Assembly: GCA_001949185.1 (NCBI GenBank)
Contig: BDGG01000002.1
Span: 4,950,448 to 5,014,447 of the forward strand
DNA: 64,000 bases
Direction: 5' to 3'
Source of the DNA: Ramazzottius varieornatus
Lineage: Eukaryota > Animalia > Tardigrada
Shown here: piece after piece, positions 25,926 through 39,790 of the stretch
Numbering within the stretch: position 1 is the first letter of the stretch
Layout: each line of letters opens with the position of its first letter
Notes under the pieces: generated by a model
Databases searched by the model: none
Told to the model about the DNA's origin: nothing
What the model saw: the letters and a program-made list of their open reading frames with translations, nothing else
Translations under genes and position numbers: made by a program

Positions 25926-26901
25926 ACTAACGGTTCGCTATGGGGTTGTGAACGAAGTGCGCAGTTAAACACTTCACTGCCATTTAGGAAGGTGTGATGC
26001 CGCAACGACGATCGCTCACGTAATCGCGCCCAATCATCAACACTTGGTTAGGCTTGAAAATTTTGTCACATTGGTCAGCCCAACGAATCGGCTAATATTT
26101 GATTTATTAGGCGGATAATGGATGGGCAATGTTTTGCATCATCGGGCTGAAAGAGCTCCATTATCCCATGTTTACTCTGTCATCAATTAAAAGTGGGTGA
26201 TGGAGCGAAAGCGGCAGCTGCAGAGGCATAAATACATACACATGGCCTTTTAGGGTCCTTTAAGCCTATATACTCCAGAGCGCCATAGTAGCATAAATGT
26301 CCTCCTCCGACTGGCATGAAAACTGGGAGATGAAGAGTACGAACAAGCTAAATACGACTGTCGCCTGCCTGTATGGTAATTGCGTCACCTGGTGGTGGTG
26401 GATGTTTCAATAATGTAGGCGGCAGAGTGAATGTTGTATCGATGTATTAATTGTTTCGAATTTCCGTGTCAAATGTCCAAAGTCGCGCTGAGTTTAAATG
26501 GGAACACTCGACATCTGCCCTTTCATACCTCATCATATGTCAAATCAGCCGGAAAATTCCTCCTTTTGTGTTCATTATGCCCCCCAACATACAGTGCCGG
26601 CAAAGCCTACACATTCATTCTTATGAGGGAAGTGACGCATTTGAATGGAATTTTGCCGAACCGAAAACAAATCGAGTAGTGGGATGATATTCTTGAAGAA
26701 ATTTGGCTCTTTTTCTGGATAAGCCGCATCCAGAAGGAAAGCATCAAAGGTCACCGACATGACAAAACATAGTTTAGCCACAAACATTGAAATTACGATC
26801 GAACGCGCAGTTTTTCAAACTCCACGCTTTTACCGTATGACTTTCGTGTGCCGTTCCCGGCTCACTGTGCACGCTCAAATCCTCTAAACTCTGATATCTG
26901 T

Positions 26902-27594
26902 TCACGTAAGATCATCTTCCTGTTTCTCCTGTGATGATTCCGCCGGCCGCCACAACTTCGTTTGCGTCAGGTTATTTTCATCTGGCGACCCAACATGCCT
27001 GTCGTAGGACCACGACAAGGAGTGACCTTCAAAGGCGTACTCGCAGTCCATCAAGTCGATTTCTTCTGCAAATTCGAGTGATCTGAGCCTTCAGAAACAA
27101 AAAGGGACACATGTTTTCTGTATGCTTTTACCCATTTGGTTACCTTGTTTGCAGGGTACAATGAACTTCTTTGGCAGTTCTTCTTTTACGGACTTCTTTC
27201 CAGGGTCTACATGATCAGGATCATTTGCAGCTTCCAATAGATTGGACAGGAATGCAATGTAATCAATCGCCAGCCTTAGCGTGTCCACCTTCGACAGCCG
27301 TCGTTCATAGGGTAAGGTCGGGATATTCTGGCGAAGTCCTTCGAAGGCATCATTGATGGACTGCATTCGCCTTCGTTCCCGCAAGTTGGCCGCTTGGCGC
27401 TGTACAAGATGGGACTGCGAACCTTTGCGCTTTTTGGGTCGCCGCAAGTATTCGTTCCCGGAAGTCAGGTAGCTGGCTGGATCCTTCGCCAACTGAGCGT
27501 CCAGGTATTCACCGTACACACAGTTTGTGTTCGTGATGATAGTGGGATAACAACAACCTCTACTTCCATAATCAGAAAACTCGAAAACGTCCAT
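26902..27594 (-). CDS. PTF1A: Ptf1a / 48-related (Fer1) bHLH transcription factor
   Basis: [47 protein letters not shown]; exon 2 (27065-26902) carries the RBPJ-binding C1 motif HSLSW and a C2-like KLWRP. Confidence 0.93.
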
Positions 27595-28750
27595 ACTGTC
27601 ACCGAAGATTCAAGAAGTCAAAACACTAGCGAAACAATTTTCCCACATGCTGTATTTGGGCGTTTTTGGTGACGGTGCGTTATAAAAACGTTTCTCCACG
27701 GACTAATGAATCAGAGCGGCCGGATGGCAGAAGAAGTGTGGCCGGAAGGATTCATGGAACTCATGATAATGCCTTTCCGGTTCAACAGTGGAAGAAGGGT
27801 GATACCGTGGAAGGGATATGGCGCAGGGGCAACGACGGAAAGGGGACGATACGTATTTTGTTTTGTTACATGTCAGCGGTCTGTCAGACGTACGTGAGTC
27901 CTCAAGTGGTTTTGTCAATTGACGGGCATCAGGGGTGTTTGTCAGCGAGGAGGAAAATCAATCATGGTGTAACAAGGAGAAGGGTACAGGAGCGGACAGC
28001 CGACCACACAGCTAGTGAATACCTCGCAAATACATCTAAATAAATAAGGATTGGACAAAACATAACACGGCGCGCCCATTCATTCCCTCTTTGCTCCCGT
28101 TCAAGTCCAGTTTCATGCTCGCTCTGCCGCTCTTTTATGCTCCAGTCAAAAATGACGTATCGTTTTTGTAGAACACTACTCTTCCACCTGCTTTTCTCCC
28201 TTTTGAGCTGGAAGAATGGAATTCGTATCAAGTTGTTACATACGATATACCGGGAAGAAAATTCATGAAAGCAGTACACATACTCTTTATTTTCGGATCA
28301 GGCCGAAACTAAATTCAATTTGAATCTAAATACCAGAGAAACGAAGATTTGCTTTTATGTATTGATAGGAGTAAAGACTCACTAGTAAAAACAACAACAT
28401 TCGCCTGCGGCAGACATCACGAACACAGGACGATACTGTAAAACAGAGCGAAAGATTGGCTATAAGCAGGGAGATGGTGCCATGGTGGTAACAGCACAGG
28501 ACCGAGACGCTGAGAAATCTTGGTTATCTTTACCATCTGTACGTAAGCTGGACGTTTCCATAAGAAGAGATTCCGTAGTCCTGGTTGCTTTCAAACGCAA
28601 TCGATAAAGTACTGTGACTGGAAGTTCATGGAGTTTATTTCATCAGCGAGGTTTTCATCAAACCCTGTTGACAGAGCAGTGTATTAAGACAGCAAAGTAC
28701 ATCGGTCATACCCGGAAGAAGAGGAAACATCCAGTCAAAAAAGGCTCGGG

Positions 28751-30599
28751 TTAATTGGCGTGCGGTACCGACAACGGTGTGCAGTTGCCGGTACTCGGAC
28801 GGAAATGCTGTTGCGCCAAAGCCAGTTGCTCTGTTTGGTAGTGTTCTGACCGTTCGATCAGAAAACACACGAAGCCGACAAAGCCAACAAACACCTGAAA
28901 AGCATCAAGAACGTTTATCGAATTCCACCACGCGAGAAACCAAAGAACACGACGTGAATAGAAAAGCCGGGAGTATTCGTACCGAAACACCGAATGATCG
29001 AGTGACGTGGGCCGCGCCAGCCACGGTAAGGGCGTGAGGCTCGTGGGAAGTGATGTGAAGGATGGTCAGCAGCTGCTCTCCTTCACTCTGTCCGTAGACC
29101 TTATTTCCCACAATAACGTTCTTGGACGTTTTTGTGCGGAATTGTTATTAATAACACCAATACAGGTGCAGCACACGTTTACACTAAATTACCTGGTCCC
29201 GGTGTCGTTGTCGGATGACTACCAGATCTTGCCACAGTTCGGCCGATTTCGCTCGCTGCAAAGTAGATTTCCATTTAGTCCCACTCGGTTGCAAAGCAGT
29301 ATGCACTGAATTTGGCTTACTGTTTCGTGAAGGGAAGTGCAAACAACGATGATCAGCAACAGAGGAATCGAAGGACCCAAGAAAACCGCAACAGTCCGTG
29401 CATAGTCGAGGGCGTTTTTCTTAGGGACAAGGGAAGGGATAAATATTTGCGCGACGATAGCAGACAGCAGCAGTACGTTTTCCAGGATAACGGCCAGTAG
29501 AAAAGCGGAAAAACAGTGGTCGATCTCCTTCAGGACGCCCGAGACCTTTGGACATATGGGACACGGAGAGATGAATTGAACCAGATCGTTACTCCGAGAA
29601 GCGCACATTTTCATGGTTACTGGCCGAAAGTGACATACCTGCGAACTGTATCCCGATAGTGCATCCAGCACTGCTTTGAAGCGAATATTCTGGTCCTGCG
29701 CTATCTGCTTGATAGAATTGGTCAGGAGCTTGTTGAATGTTTTGACACAGGCAATATACTTGACACAGATGTTACAAAAGATTCCGTAGAAGCATAATGG
29801 AGGCAAGTGCGCGAACATGTTGGCGCCCGCGACGATGGGAAAGAGAACTTCTCGAGGTAAGTGGAAAACAAAGTACGTGCTGAGACTCTTTTCGCCCTTG
29901 CCTTCATGAACCAAAATAACGGCACGCAGAATATCCAGTACCGCCATCAAAATAATCACGCACCAACAAATAATCTCCCCGAGAGACATTTCGATGGACC
30001 ATCGAGATGTGGATGGAATCAGGGTTCGTTCGGAGTCCGTCAGATACACCAACGAGGAACTTTCCGTTCTTGACCGTTTCCGGGTGCCAAGAGTATCTAA
30101 CTTGATATTCTTGAGGGCTGTCACGGACCGGAAGCATGTCAGAATATCTTCAGCTTTCCAGAGAAGTATGACCGCCATTGTGGTTCCCAAGAGGAAACTG
30201 AACTGAGTTCTGCACGAATTATTGGTATCTCATTGATAAGCAAACAGTGCGGTTAATTCCGTCTTTTGCCATGCACTTACAAACCTGAGGAATCCCAGGA
30301 TGGTGATGATCCGGCTTTGTTCGTGAACCATGGTAGTGCCGTTGACGGTTGACACATTACGCTCCTGGTTGACGATCCAATCTCCGCAGTCGATTACAAA
30401 GGCCACTACCAAAATCAACGCTACGAGGAAGCTGACCGCCCTCATAGTTACATGGGACGAAGTACCGTCCGAAGTCACCGAATCCATCTCGCGTTTTCTG
30501 TTCGTCCCAACAGAATGGTTATCGGACGAAAAATACATTCCGTAATGGTTTTCAAGGCCAAAGAACACAAGGAGGAACTGCTTTAGTGGCACAAAAGAC
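28751..30599 (-). CDS. Gustatory receptor-like (GR/GRL) 7-TM chemoreceptor; 5' end unresolved
   Basis: Several hydrophobic helices; C-terminal region EPHALTVAGAAHVTRSFGVS|VFVGFVGFVCFLIE resembles the GR TM7; three phase-0 introns clustered at the 3' end (after HET, RDQ, GVS), as is typical of the family. Confidence 0.72.
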
Positions 30600-31178
30600 C
30601 TGAAATTGGAAGGTAGTCGAGAGCGATTCCTCTGGAACCCGTTCGGCCGATTAGGCTATAGGCGAACGTCGAGGACCCTTGACATTGAAATGGTCACGGG
30701 AGATGGATGAGGTAATCATTCTTGAGTATCGTTCTACAATGTACACTTTGAAACGATTAAAACGATCGAACGGACTGTGCTTTGTTGACAAACTTCTGGG
30801 AAGAATCGACTTACCTCTTTGCGGGTCGCGAAGTTGCAGGTGAGCTCTCTGACTTTACAGTTGCATAAGACTCAATCTCCGAGTTCGGTGTTTGTCCAGC
30901 CCGTTCGATCCAGCACAGTTTCAGACTCTAAAATAGTCAGGCAGTATTTGTGCACTCATATCAAGTTACCAATGACTCGAAGGTTAATTCCTAGGTTTAA
31001 CTTGGGTCTTGGCGTCTCCGAGGTGGGTGAACAGAAGCCGGAAGCTGAGCTCGTGGTACAAGGCGAAAGCCGCGCCATCTACTAACCGATAGGTGTGCAG
31101 CGTTGATTAAGTCATTGATTGCACAAAAGTTGACAGCCACCGTCAAGTGTAGTGACTTGGCTTGCAGCCACCGTCAAG

Positions 31179-31679
31179 TGTAGTGACTTGGTTTGCAGCC
31201 ACCGTCAAATCAGCAGTAGCAATTATGATTGGTCGATCGGCTTTTGCGGCATATCTTACTGCAGATTCTAGACTGCGGTTCCGAGTGGACTCTTGGTAAA
31301 CTCTGGCTGCTGTCGCGCTTGCTAATTATATCCAGCAGGATCCACAAAAACTCGAAGTGGTCTTGCGACCATTTAAGTTTTTGGTAATTATTTGGTAGAT
31401 TTCGCAGTGGGAAATAAGGACAACACGGTCAATCCGGTAAGGGGGCGTGGTGTAAGTTACTGTCACGCCCACTCCGTTAATTTGGGCTGCGACGTTATTT
31501 ACTGTGGTCCGTGGTTGAAAAACTGACGAGCCGGGCTGTGATACCACACCAGTACGCTGGAAATAAACGGATAGTAGAACCGCAGTCTAGAATCTGCAGT
31601 AAGATATACCGCAAAAGCCGACCGACCAATCATAATTGCTACTGCTGATTTGACGGTGGCTGCAAACCAAGTCACTACA
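31179..31679. mobile_element. MITE-like element with ~100-bp inverted arms between the GR-like gene and LRRC47
   Basis: 31179-31280 is the near-perfect reverse complement of 31577-31679 (TAGTGACTTGGTTTGCAGCCACCGTCAAATCAGC...). A 31-bp tandem duplication extends the left end to ~31134. No TSD found. Confidence 0.82.
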
Positions 31680-31807
31680 ACAGACTAGAAAACGCAGATG
31701 AAAAATTGTAAATTCAGAATAAGACACTTTCCCTGACGGACCGTATCTGCCTCCATTGCCGCGATTCGATTCCCAGGATCTACTAGTGTCTTGCCGAGCC
31801 GCGAAAC

Positions 31808-34728
31808 ATGTGGACAGAAATCCAGCAAGTCCAGGAGCGTCAGCGTCACGGTAAGTAGGAACCGTTCTCCATTCCGTTACGCCAATTGCCCTGTAACATA
31901 AGTAATAGGTGTCGTTATCGTTATTACTCTTGGTGGCAGAGCTGGTTCTGACTGGACCGGAGGTAGCCCAAAGAATCGACGAGAATGGACTGGATGAGCA
32001 CGTCTACGATCTAGCCGATCTGAACTTCTTGGAAATCAGCCGGACATCCCTGGCTCTGTTGGACAGCAAGATTGGAAACTTGCGAAACCTCTCCAGACTG
32101 GTGCTTCACAACAACAAACTGAAAGAGCTTCCCGGTAAGTAAGACTTGTGAGAGTCCGTACGTCGGAATCTAGACCGGCAGACCGTTGGAATACAGCAGG
32201 ACATACAAGATAAGGAAAGAAAATTTAGAAATCAAAATGTTGGGATTATCCGTAAAGAAATGAGCCCGTTTTGTACAGAGATGGGGGGCGCACATTCTCA
32301 TTGCTAGTGGCTGATGCTGTGCGCCACTTGGATAAGCGATCTGGTTTGAGTCGTTTGCCCACGTCCCAAATCAATTCTGATCAAGTTGATTTGATCTTTC
32401 GCAGAGACTGTTGGTAAGCTCACAAAGCTGAAGTTCCTCGATATTTCCCAGAACGAACTGTCCAGTCTTCCCAACATACTCGCCAACTTAGCTGATTTAC
32501 AAAGCTTGAACGCTAGCGTCAACAACATCGCCAGTATAAGCGACCTCTCCCACTGCGTACGCCTGACCAACGTAGACCTTTCCCACAACAAACTCGAAAA
32601 CTTCCCTGAAGACCTCTGCAACGGATATCTGGTCAATCTGATAGACATCAAACTGAACAACAACCTTCTCGCCAACATCTCCCCGGAAATCGTACTGTTA
32701 TCCGCTCTGAAACAGATCGATCTATCGTCCAACAAGATCACCGAGATCCCGAAGGAACTGTCGGAATGTCAGAAACTGAAGGAAGTCCTGTTAGCCGATA
32801 ACCCCATCAAGGACTCTCGCTTGAAGAAGCTGACAGCCCAGAAACCACCAAAGTCTAAAGCGATACTAGATTACGTTCGTGAACACTGTGCGTATCTTGG
32901 AAGAACTGTGACAGAAGAGAGTGGAAAGAAGGGCGCTGGGAAACCCAAGAAGAAGAAAGGTGGGAAGTCGAACGACGCCGACGAGCGTGCGAAGGATGAG
33001 ATTCAGGTGATTGCGGCTGGAGAAGACTCGAAGCGAATCGTGGTGAAACCCAGCGTGATATCAATCCGTCCGTACATCGTCTGCTGTATCCTGAGGAACC
33101 TCCAACTGGACGAACCGGCTAAACTTCAGAAATTCATCAGCATTCAGGTACATAGGTGGGTCAATAAGTTGTAAGGCACAGTCCACCTGAAAGTGCTATT
33201 TTGCAGAGCACCCTCTTGAAAGATAGAACATCTCTTCTAATCACTATCCTCAAAAAATGAGGTACCTGGCACTCGAACAGGAGGAGAAATAATTTTTTTA
33301 AAAGATGCAAAAAATCTTTTTCGATTTTCCTCGTAAACTCGCGCATTTCGTAATTTTATTCTCGCGTTATCCGCGCCGATCGTGGAAGAGCATTCTTTCG
33401 AACATTTGCGATGGATGATTTTTTAGCGGTTCGACAAAAAGCAACTAGAGTGTGGAGGGAATATAGAGGGAAAGCTTACTTGTATCAGAAATAGAACACG
33501 GTGGAGAAAACAGAAAAGTTCTCAAAATCCAGCTGGTGATCCGGCAGCGCACCAGGTGGCATTTCCCCGTTTCACTTGCGCACTTTCGCTTGGCGCACAA
33601 ATGAAATTCTTTCTCGAGCCTTGACAGCAGTCAGGCTTGACTTCCCTTTGCTTAAACTAGTCACTAGACATCCCTCTTTCATCCAGAGCTGAAGTTGAAC
33701 TCAAGCGTACAATGGGGAAGAAACTACATAGCTTCGTCTAGAACGTGGAGCCCTAAAAAACCTCCCTTCATCCACTTTACAAATTTTTTTCAACGAATGA
33801 CTTCCCAGCCTAGACTCTAATTGTGCCGTGTTGCCCAGAAGTTACTCTATACTCAAGCAATAAAGCTGCATAGATCGAAAGACTACAGAATTTCTGGTGA
33901 ACACAGCTTTAAAACTTGTTGAACCCCGTACGTATATCGTACCTGTTCTTCTAGAAGTGTAAAAGGATTGCTGAATGAACGAAGTGCTCTCATTTGCAGA
34001 CTGATCTCCACGATGAGTTATGCGAGAAAAGGATGGCAGCGACGATCGCGACGCATGACTTGGATTCCATCAACGGAGACATTGTTTATGAAGCCCGTAT
34101 ACCGTCAAACATTACACTTCAACCACTGAAGAAAAACGGCCAGATGACTGCACAGAAGCTCGTTGGCCAGCTGGAAGACGAAGCGGAAGCATTGAGGAAG
34201 GAGAAGAAGCGCAACACTTTCTCAGGAATCCATAAGCAAGTTGTTTTGAATTTTTGAGACATCAACTAGCGTACATCACGCTACAGTTTTTAGAATTATG
34301 GTTCTGTTCGCAGGTATCTGACCTTGTTGCAAGACAAGCCTTTGTACGCATGTCTGACAGCTAAGACTGACGGGACGGTGATATCGTTTCCGCCGATCAC
34401 GAACAGTGAGAAGACGAAGGTGACAGTCGACACGAAAAGTGTCCTGTTGGAAGTCACGAGCACGAAGAGCATGGCGTTCTGCAAGATCGTCATTGAGAAG
34501 CTCTTGCTGGAGTGCTTTGCCGCTTCGGTTGTCCGAGTAGCAGCGAAGAAAGAGGAACAACCTGACACTGATGAGGACGCAGCCGGGGACCAAGCTGGGG
34601 ACTCTGGTGGCAAACGGCTATTGGTGGTTGAGCAGGTTAAGATCTTTGACGAGTCTGGTGAACTCCGGGTTGTATATCCTTCTCGAGTAGATTTGAATTT
34701 GGACCAACTAAACATCGTCCGAGACTGA
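31808..34728 (+). CDS. LRRC47: Leucine-rich repeat-containing protein 47 (LRR plus PheRS-beta B3/4-like domain)
   Basis: N-terminal MWTEIQQ..ELVLTG; LRRs; LADNPIKDSRLKKL; IRPYIVCC; QTDLHDELCEKRMAATIATHDL; VISFPPITNSEKTKV; LLVVEQVKIFDESGELRVVYPSRVDL. Confidence 0.94.
33155..33928. mobile_element. Old mariner-like non-autonomous element in an LRRC47 intron
   Basis: Degenerate TIRs TA|GGTGGGTCAATAAGTTGTAAGGC vs rc TA|CGGGGTTCAACAAGTTTTAAAGC (19/25 including TA); accounts for the unusually long intron. Confidence 0.55.
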
Positions 34729-34966
34729 TAGCTTGGCGGTATTAGCTCCGATGAAAAGTCCCAGTTCGAGCGTGTGCGTTTTATTTGACGTTTTTGTTCG
34801 CTGAAATGTTGTCGCAGTTTTAAAGAGAAATATACGATAAAAGTAAACGCATCGATTAATAGATTTGGCCAGAAGGACGGGCAGAAAGTGGAAACATGAA
34901 TCTATACTAGCTAAAATTAAAACCAGGCTTTCAAGTTTCGTCAGAACGGATTGGACGGAGAAGCTA

Positions 34967-37900
34967 TCATGAGTCCCTGAGCTTTTTCCAATCGGATTCG
35001 AACTGGCCAATACTGCGTTTCAGACTGTGATCGAGATAATTAGCATAACGAATATCGCTGGAGATCCGGTGGGCAGTCGTCTTAACCTTTTCGAAGCTGT
35101 CTTCCACTTGAGTCAGGTTTCCAATCTGCAGTACCAGACACGGGGTAGATTAGTACACGAAATCTGTCCATGAGTTCCTAGAGCAGAAGAAGGTACCTTT
35201 GAAGTAAAGTCGCCCATGATGAGCCTTGACACTTCCAACATGCTCTTGAGCTGAGAAACTTCTTCGGGCCGGTCGGCTGGTGAATTGAGAACCGCGATGA
35301 CGAACGCGTACACGCCAGACAGCGTTCGAGCCCGCAGGACCTTGAGCTGGACGTTTCGGTCAGTGTCAAAGTCCAGGCCACTTTCGGGTTCTGACGAGGG
35401 ATCTTCAGCTAGCCAGTCAGCCGTACTCAGTATGTGGTAGCCAGCCAATCTGGCTTCCTGCAATGCCAGAGAGCTTTTTCGGATCAGAAGGTGCATGAAA
35501 TGAAAACTTCATTGCACTTACCTCTTTGATCTGACCGAAGTCGTCGACCATCTCCTCTAGATCCTCGACAACATGCCAGTTGGAGTAGCTCTTGAGAACG
35601 GCCTGTCAGAAAGCAATACAGTTTCGAATGTTGGCTTATACTTAGCTGGCTATTAACCCGCTATGGCTAGTACGAGGTGCGCGGCACGGAAATATCCGCC
35701 GGACGTGGAGATTTCCAGCTGGTCGTTACGCTGAAAAATAACGCAAGGACCCGGTCGATATCTCCACGTCCGGTGGATATTTTCCCTGCCGAGCACCTCG
35801 TACCATGTAGCTTTTCCAGCAGAAGGTTTCCGCTTTGAGAGAAGCGTGAACGTCGTCAGAGTCCATATTCAAGAGAACATGGACGAGATGTGTCCATCTT
35901 GTAAACAGACGATGGAATCCTCGTGCATCCACTGGCTCCGGTACTACAAAGAAAAGCTTTCGTATGATTTTTCTTCTACAAGTGGTTCATCGTTTGATGA
36001 AAAGCTACGTAATTCACGCCATCTTTTAGACACCACTTACGCAGAAGGGACCGAAATACTCTGTTGACCACAGCAAAAACCAAGTTTCGGATCGACGGTT
36101 CTTCGTTTACTAACAGCGCAGCCGCTTCTCCGAACGTAGCCTGTCAAGCAAAAAGACAAAGTCCTTCACAAGACCGAGCTACAGTTGGAGCGCAGTGAGC
36201 ATTATTATAACACACTTTCACTTACTGCGTCTTTGTCACCGATGTGTAAAGGATTGCTCAAGATTTGACTGTACGTAAAAGAGCGGAACACTGCCAAAGA
36301 ACTTTCCAGATCTCTGCGCGCCATTGCCGCGAGAAAGTCGGCCTTCTCAGACGGTGTTAATCGACCTGAAAATCATAACCATCACATCCACGATCGGCCA
36401 TCAGTGGCACGCAGACAATTTTCATTCTCTTCACCGGATCTCACCTTGAGAGAAGAACAGGCTGACTGCATCTCCCCGGAGATCTTCGGGGATTTTGCTG
36501 AGGTAGGAAGCCCACAGCTCCGGATTCGAACTTGAGCTAGTCTGGAAAGAAACCCTGTGACCATTGTCCCTCCGCCAAAGAGATTGCGGAGGGTTATGTT
36601 CAAACGGAGCTGTAGCTTACCAGCACATAGAAGTAGCAACATCGACCGAACAAGACCGGATCAACAGCGATATCAGCTCGTTGCATCAGGAGAAGCGAAT
36701 GTAACGCGAAGCGGATACCACTGCCGGTGGATCTTCGTAGTTCTCGTGAGATCTCTCCGCTCGGGCTCGAAGAGCATAACGCGGAAGCTTCCAAGATGAA
36801 CTTCTCAACTTCTACTAGCATGTCCTTAGAGTCGTTCAGCAAGGCACACCGAATACTGTGTCGGAAGATGTTCTCTGACTGTCCAGAGACGACTGAGTTC
36901 TCTGAGGTCGCCACGGCGGTAAAGATATCCTCGAGTGAGAAGCTGGAATAAATGAAAACACTACAGTAAACCGAGACGATTGAAACGTCTGAGCTGTGGG
37001 GTTCTAGTGGAACTCACAACGCGTACTATACAAAGTACCATACGCGTACCTGTTCTGCCAGATGTGCGCAGGTAATCCCGATCCATCAAATACAGGCTTG
37101 CTCTTGGCGATAGCCTTCTCGGTGGCTATGTCAACGAAGCATTTTGAATAGATCCACACTTCGTCCTCCCAACTTTCGGCCACCGGTAATATGGCTTTGT
37201 AGTTGCCACATAGAACACCCCACACGGCTTTCTCCCAAGTACCAAGACGTGCCTAAACGAAATATATACTGTACTGTTGAAACGAGTGACTGAATTAACC
37301 AAAGCAAATACGCTATCACATTATATCGTTTAGTACTGTAGCATGGTGTCTTACACTGTCCGAAGCGTCCCATGCGAGCTGTCGCCATTTCAGTCGACGA
37401 TCATAGAGGGTCGCTCCTTCTGTGAGGTTCGACATTTTGGTCCACTGATCCGCCGACTGTGAATACCGCCGCGAAAGGAAGTTGCCACTGAATAGTCCCA
37501 TTCCGCTTTCTTTGCAGAGATGGTACGCAAAGCTCCAATCGCCCGCTCGTAAACAACGGTAGATCGACTCGAATGCTAGCTCCACAAGTTCCCGGTGGCC
37601 ATTCACCTAGGCGAGAAACAATCTTTTCAATCGACCTAGCATACAAAGTCGTGAACTCGTAGTGTTCTTACCGCTGAACTGTCTCTACACTTCAACCGTT
37701 GTAATTCATCGCCGAAGAGGAGTTCCGCAGGAGAGGGATTGTTGCGCATCAGTGTAGAGAGAAGAAGGGCCACCGGAAACCGTTTCCCGTATGCCTCTTC
37801 CAGCGCCGATGTCACAACTTCGGCATCACAGATGGCATCCTGCTGCATCTTCCATTGCGTAACGAAGTCTTTCTCGGAAGATGCCTATAAAGGTTCCCAC

Positions 37901-38526
37901 TGAGAATCCCCAAGATAATATGGAAGTCTCCGGGACATAACAAGAGTCCGATATCGTGATACCTGTATAGTGCTCTGGGATAGCAGACCATTCGCGGGTC
38001 GTTCCGTTCTGCTCGTAACGAGATCCGCGATAACTTTCCAAGCCGTGGCTTCGTTCTCCAAGATGCTCTCCAGATCTAACAGCTGCTGGTAATCTTTATG
38101 GGTTTTAGGGACATCGCTGTAGATGCTTGCTTCCAAGTTGAACAGACTGTGCAACTGCATCTCGGTTATTTGGTTGCATTCCGTGCATCTGTGAGATCAA
38201 AAACATGGAGCGTAAGGTATCTTGACGCGAAACCCGCGTCCCGTGGCAGTCTTATGCCCATTACATTTTCCGCATAGAATCAGCATCCGCCGCCGAGGTG
38301 TCCGAAAGAACCAGTTGTTCGAAAAATCCATTTTCCAGCGCAGACAAAGCTGCAAGGAATCGCAATTGAAGCGTATGCATATAGGGTTGATACAATTTAG
38401 GTTATACTCACTTGCATCTTCAATGGATTCGAACGGTGCAGCTTTCTTGAGTCCCTCGAGTGCTGCTGCTTCTTTCTGCCGACGCAAAGCAGCAGACGTC
38501 TCCATCAGCACATATCCATCAGCCAT
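34967..38526 (-). CDS. NUP107: Nuclear pore complex protein Nup107
   Basis: LENEATAWKVIADL; IYRCLRAGDWSFAYHLCKESG; RLKWRQLAW; EKAVWGVLCGNYKAILPVAESWEDEVW (Nup107 ERAIYAALSGNL..LLPVC.TWED). Last exon ends ...KKLRDS*. Confidence 0.88.
35673..35800. mobile_element. 128-bp mariner-type MITE in a NUP107 intron
   Basis: TA|CGAGGTGC...GCACCTCG|TA with ~40-bp inverted arms (ATATCCGCCGGACGTGGAGAT / ATCTCCACGTCCGGTGGATAT). Confidence 0.85.
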
Positions 38527-39047
38527 CACGATCGTGAAAAGCACAACAAAACGGGGAAAGTGCACCACTTTAATGTTTAACCGGTGTCCCCTAGAAGAGC
38601 CTCTCAGTAGGAGATCTAGCAAGACATCGCTCCGAACATGAAGGAGCGGGTGTCAAAACTGCGACGAAAGTCCTGCTGGCTGAGCCGAGACGGAAGACTG
38701 AAAACACATCAAGAGTCCAGAGGTAGATGAGGATCTAACGCGTGGCGAGAAATCTTTTTGAGTGCAAACATCAGCTTTCAGCACAGCTTACGGTGTTAAA
38801 TCGTAGGTGTGGCAGGCTTGTTGGCAAAAGTGGCACACCATGGCTCGACAAAACCGGAAGATGAGTTGATTGGGCAACCCAATTGATCTCTGTTTGTCAT
38901 CCGAAACTTTTATCAAGACAATCTAAATCAATGGACAGATCCGGAGCTGTTCGTTTCACACCACATGCCAGATAAGGCTTTATGGTGTCGTCTCATCTAC
39001 GGTTGCCTCACCTGATTTCTAGTAGTTCAATAGTTTGCACTTGGCAG

Positions 39048-39666
39048 TAGTGCTGGCAAAAATACGATAAAATTCGATACAATACTTTCCGATACAATAT
39101 CGGCGGATATTTTATCGCGGTCTTCGATATCATTCGTTATCGATATTTCGACACGAAATTTTTCCGATACCGTATTTTCGATATATCGTATCATATCGTA
39201 GCGATATATCAATATTTGTGGAATTTTCATTTCTCGGAATTCCGCTAGTTCAAGCCCAAAAACTCATGGAGGCGATTCCCACATAAAGTGTCAGTAAGAT
39301 CGAAAGCGTCGGATGCATTAGACACATGATTATACCAAGACTTCAAACACATGGAAACCTGGATAGAATTAGTACCAGAACCGAATGGGTGGGGTGTGCT
39401 CGGTACACCATGGCCAAAATACGGTTTTGGAATCAACCATGGTCCTCCGTAAACGAGATATCACTGGCGAGTTTGCCATTCAGCAAAATACCGATACATT
39501 GAAAATTTATCGATATGGTGCGATACGATATCGCCGAATATTTTACTGCATTAGTCGATACGAGTTTCATATCGATATTTTCGATACGATATCTTCCGCA
39601 TGTTTTATCGCAAAGATTCGATACATTTCGGTACGATATCGGTATACCGTATCGTTGCCAGCACTA
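39048..39666. mobile_element. hAT-type MITE (619 bp) between NUP107 and AKTIP
   Basis: TIR TAGTGCTGGCAA / TTGCCAGCACTA; exact 8-bp TSD CTTGGCAG (39040-47, 39667-74); dense CGATA/TATCG subterminal repeats. Confidence 0.93.
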
Positions 39667-39790
39667 CTTGGCAGTACGTAGTTGCTTCCGACCGGAAGTT
39701 GTCGCTGTTTGCAAGTTCAAGCTCCGGAATAGTGGAAAAAGCTGCAGCTCTTGTTTGACCGAGCCTCTCAGTATCACTTGCTGAGGAGAG

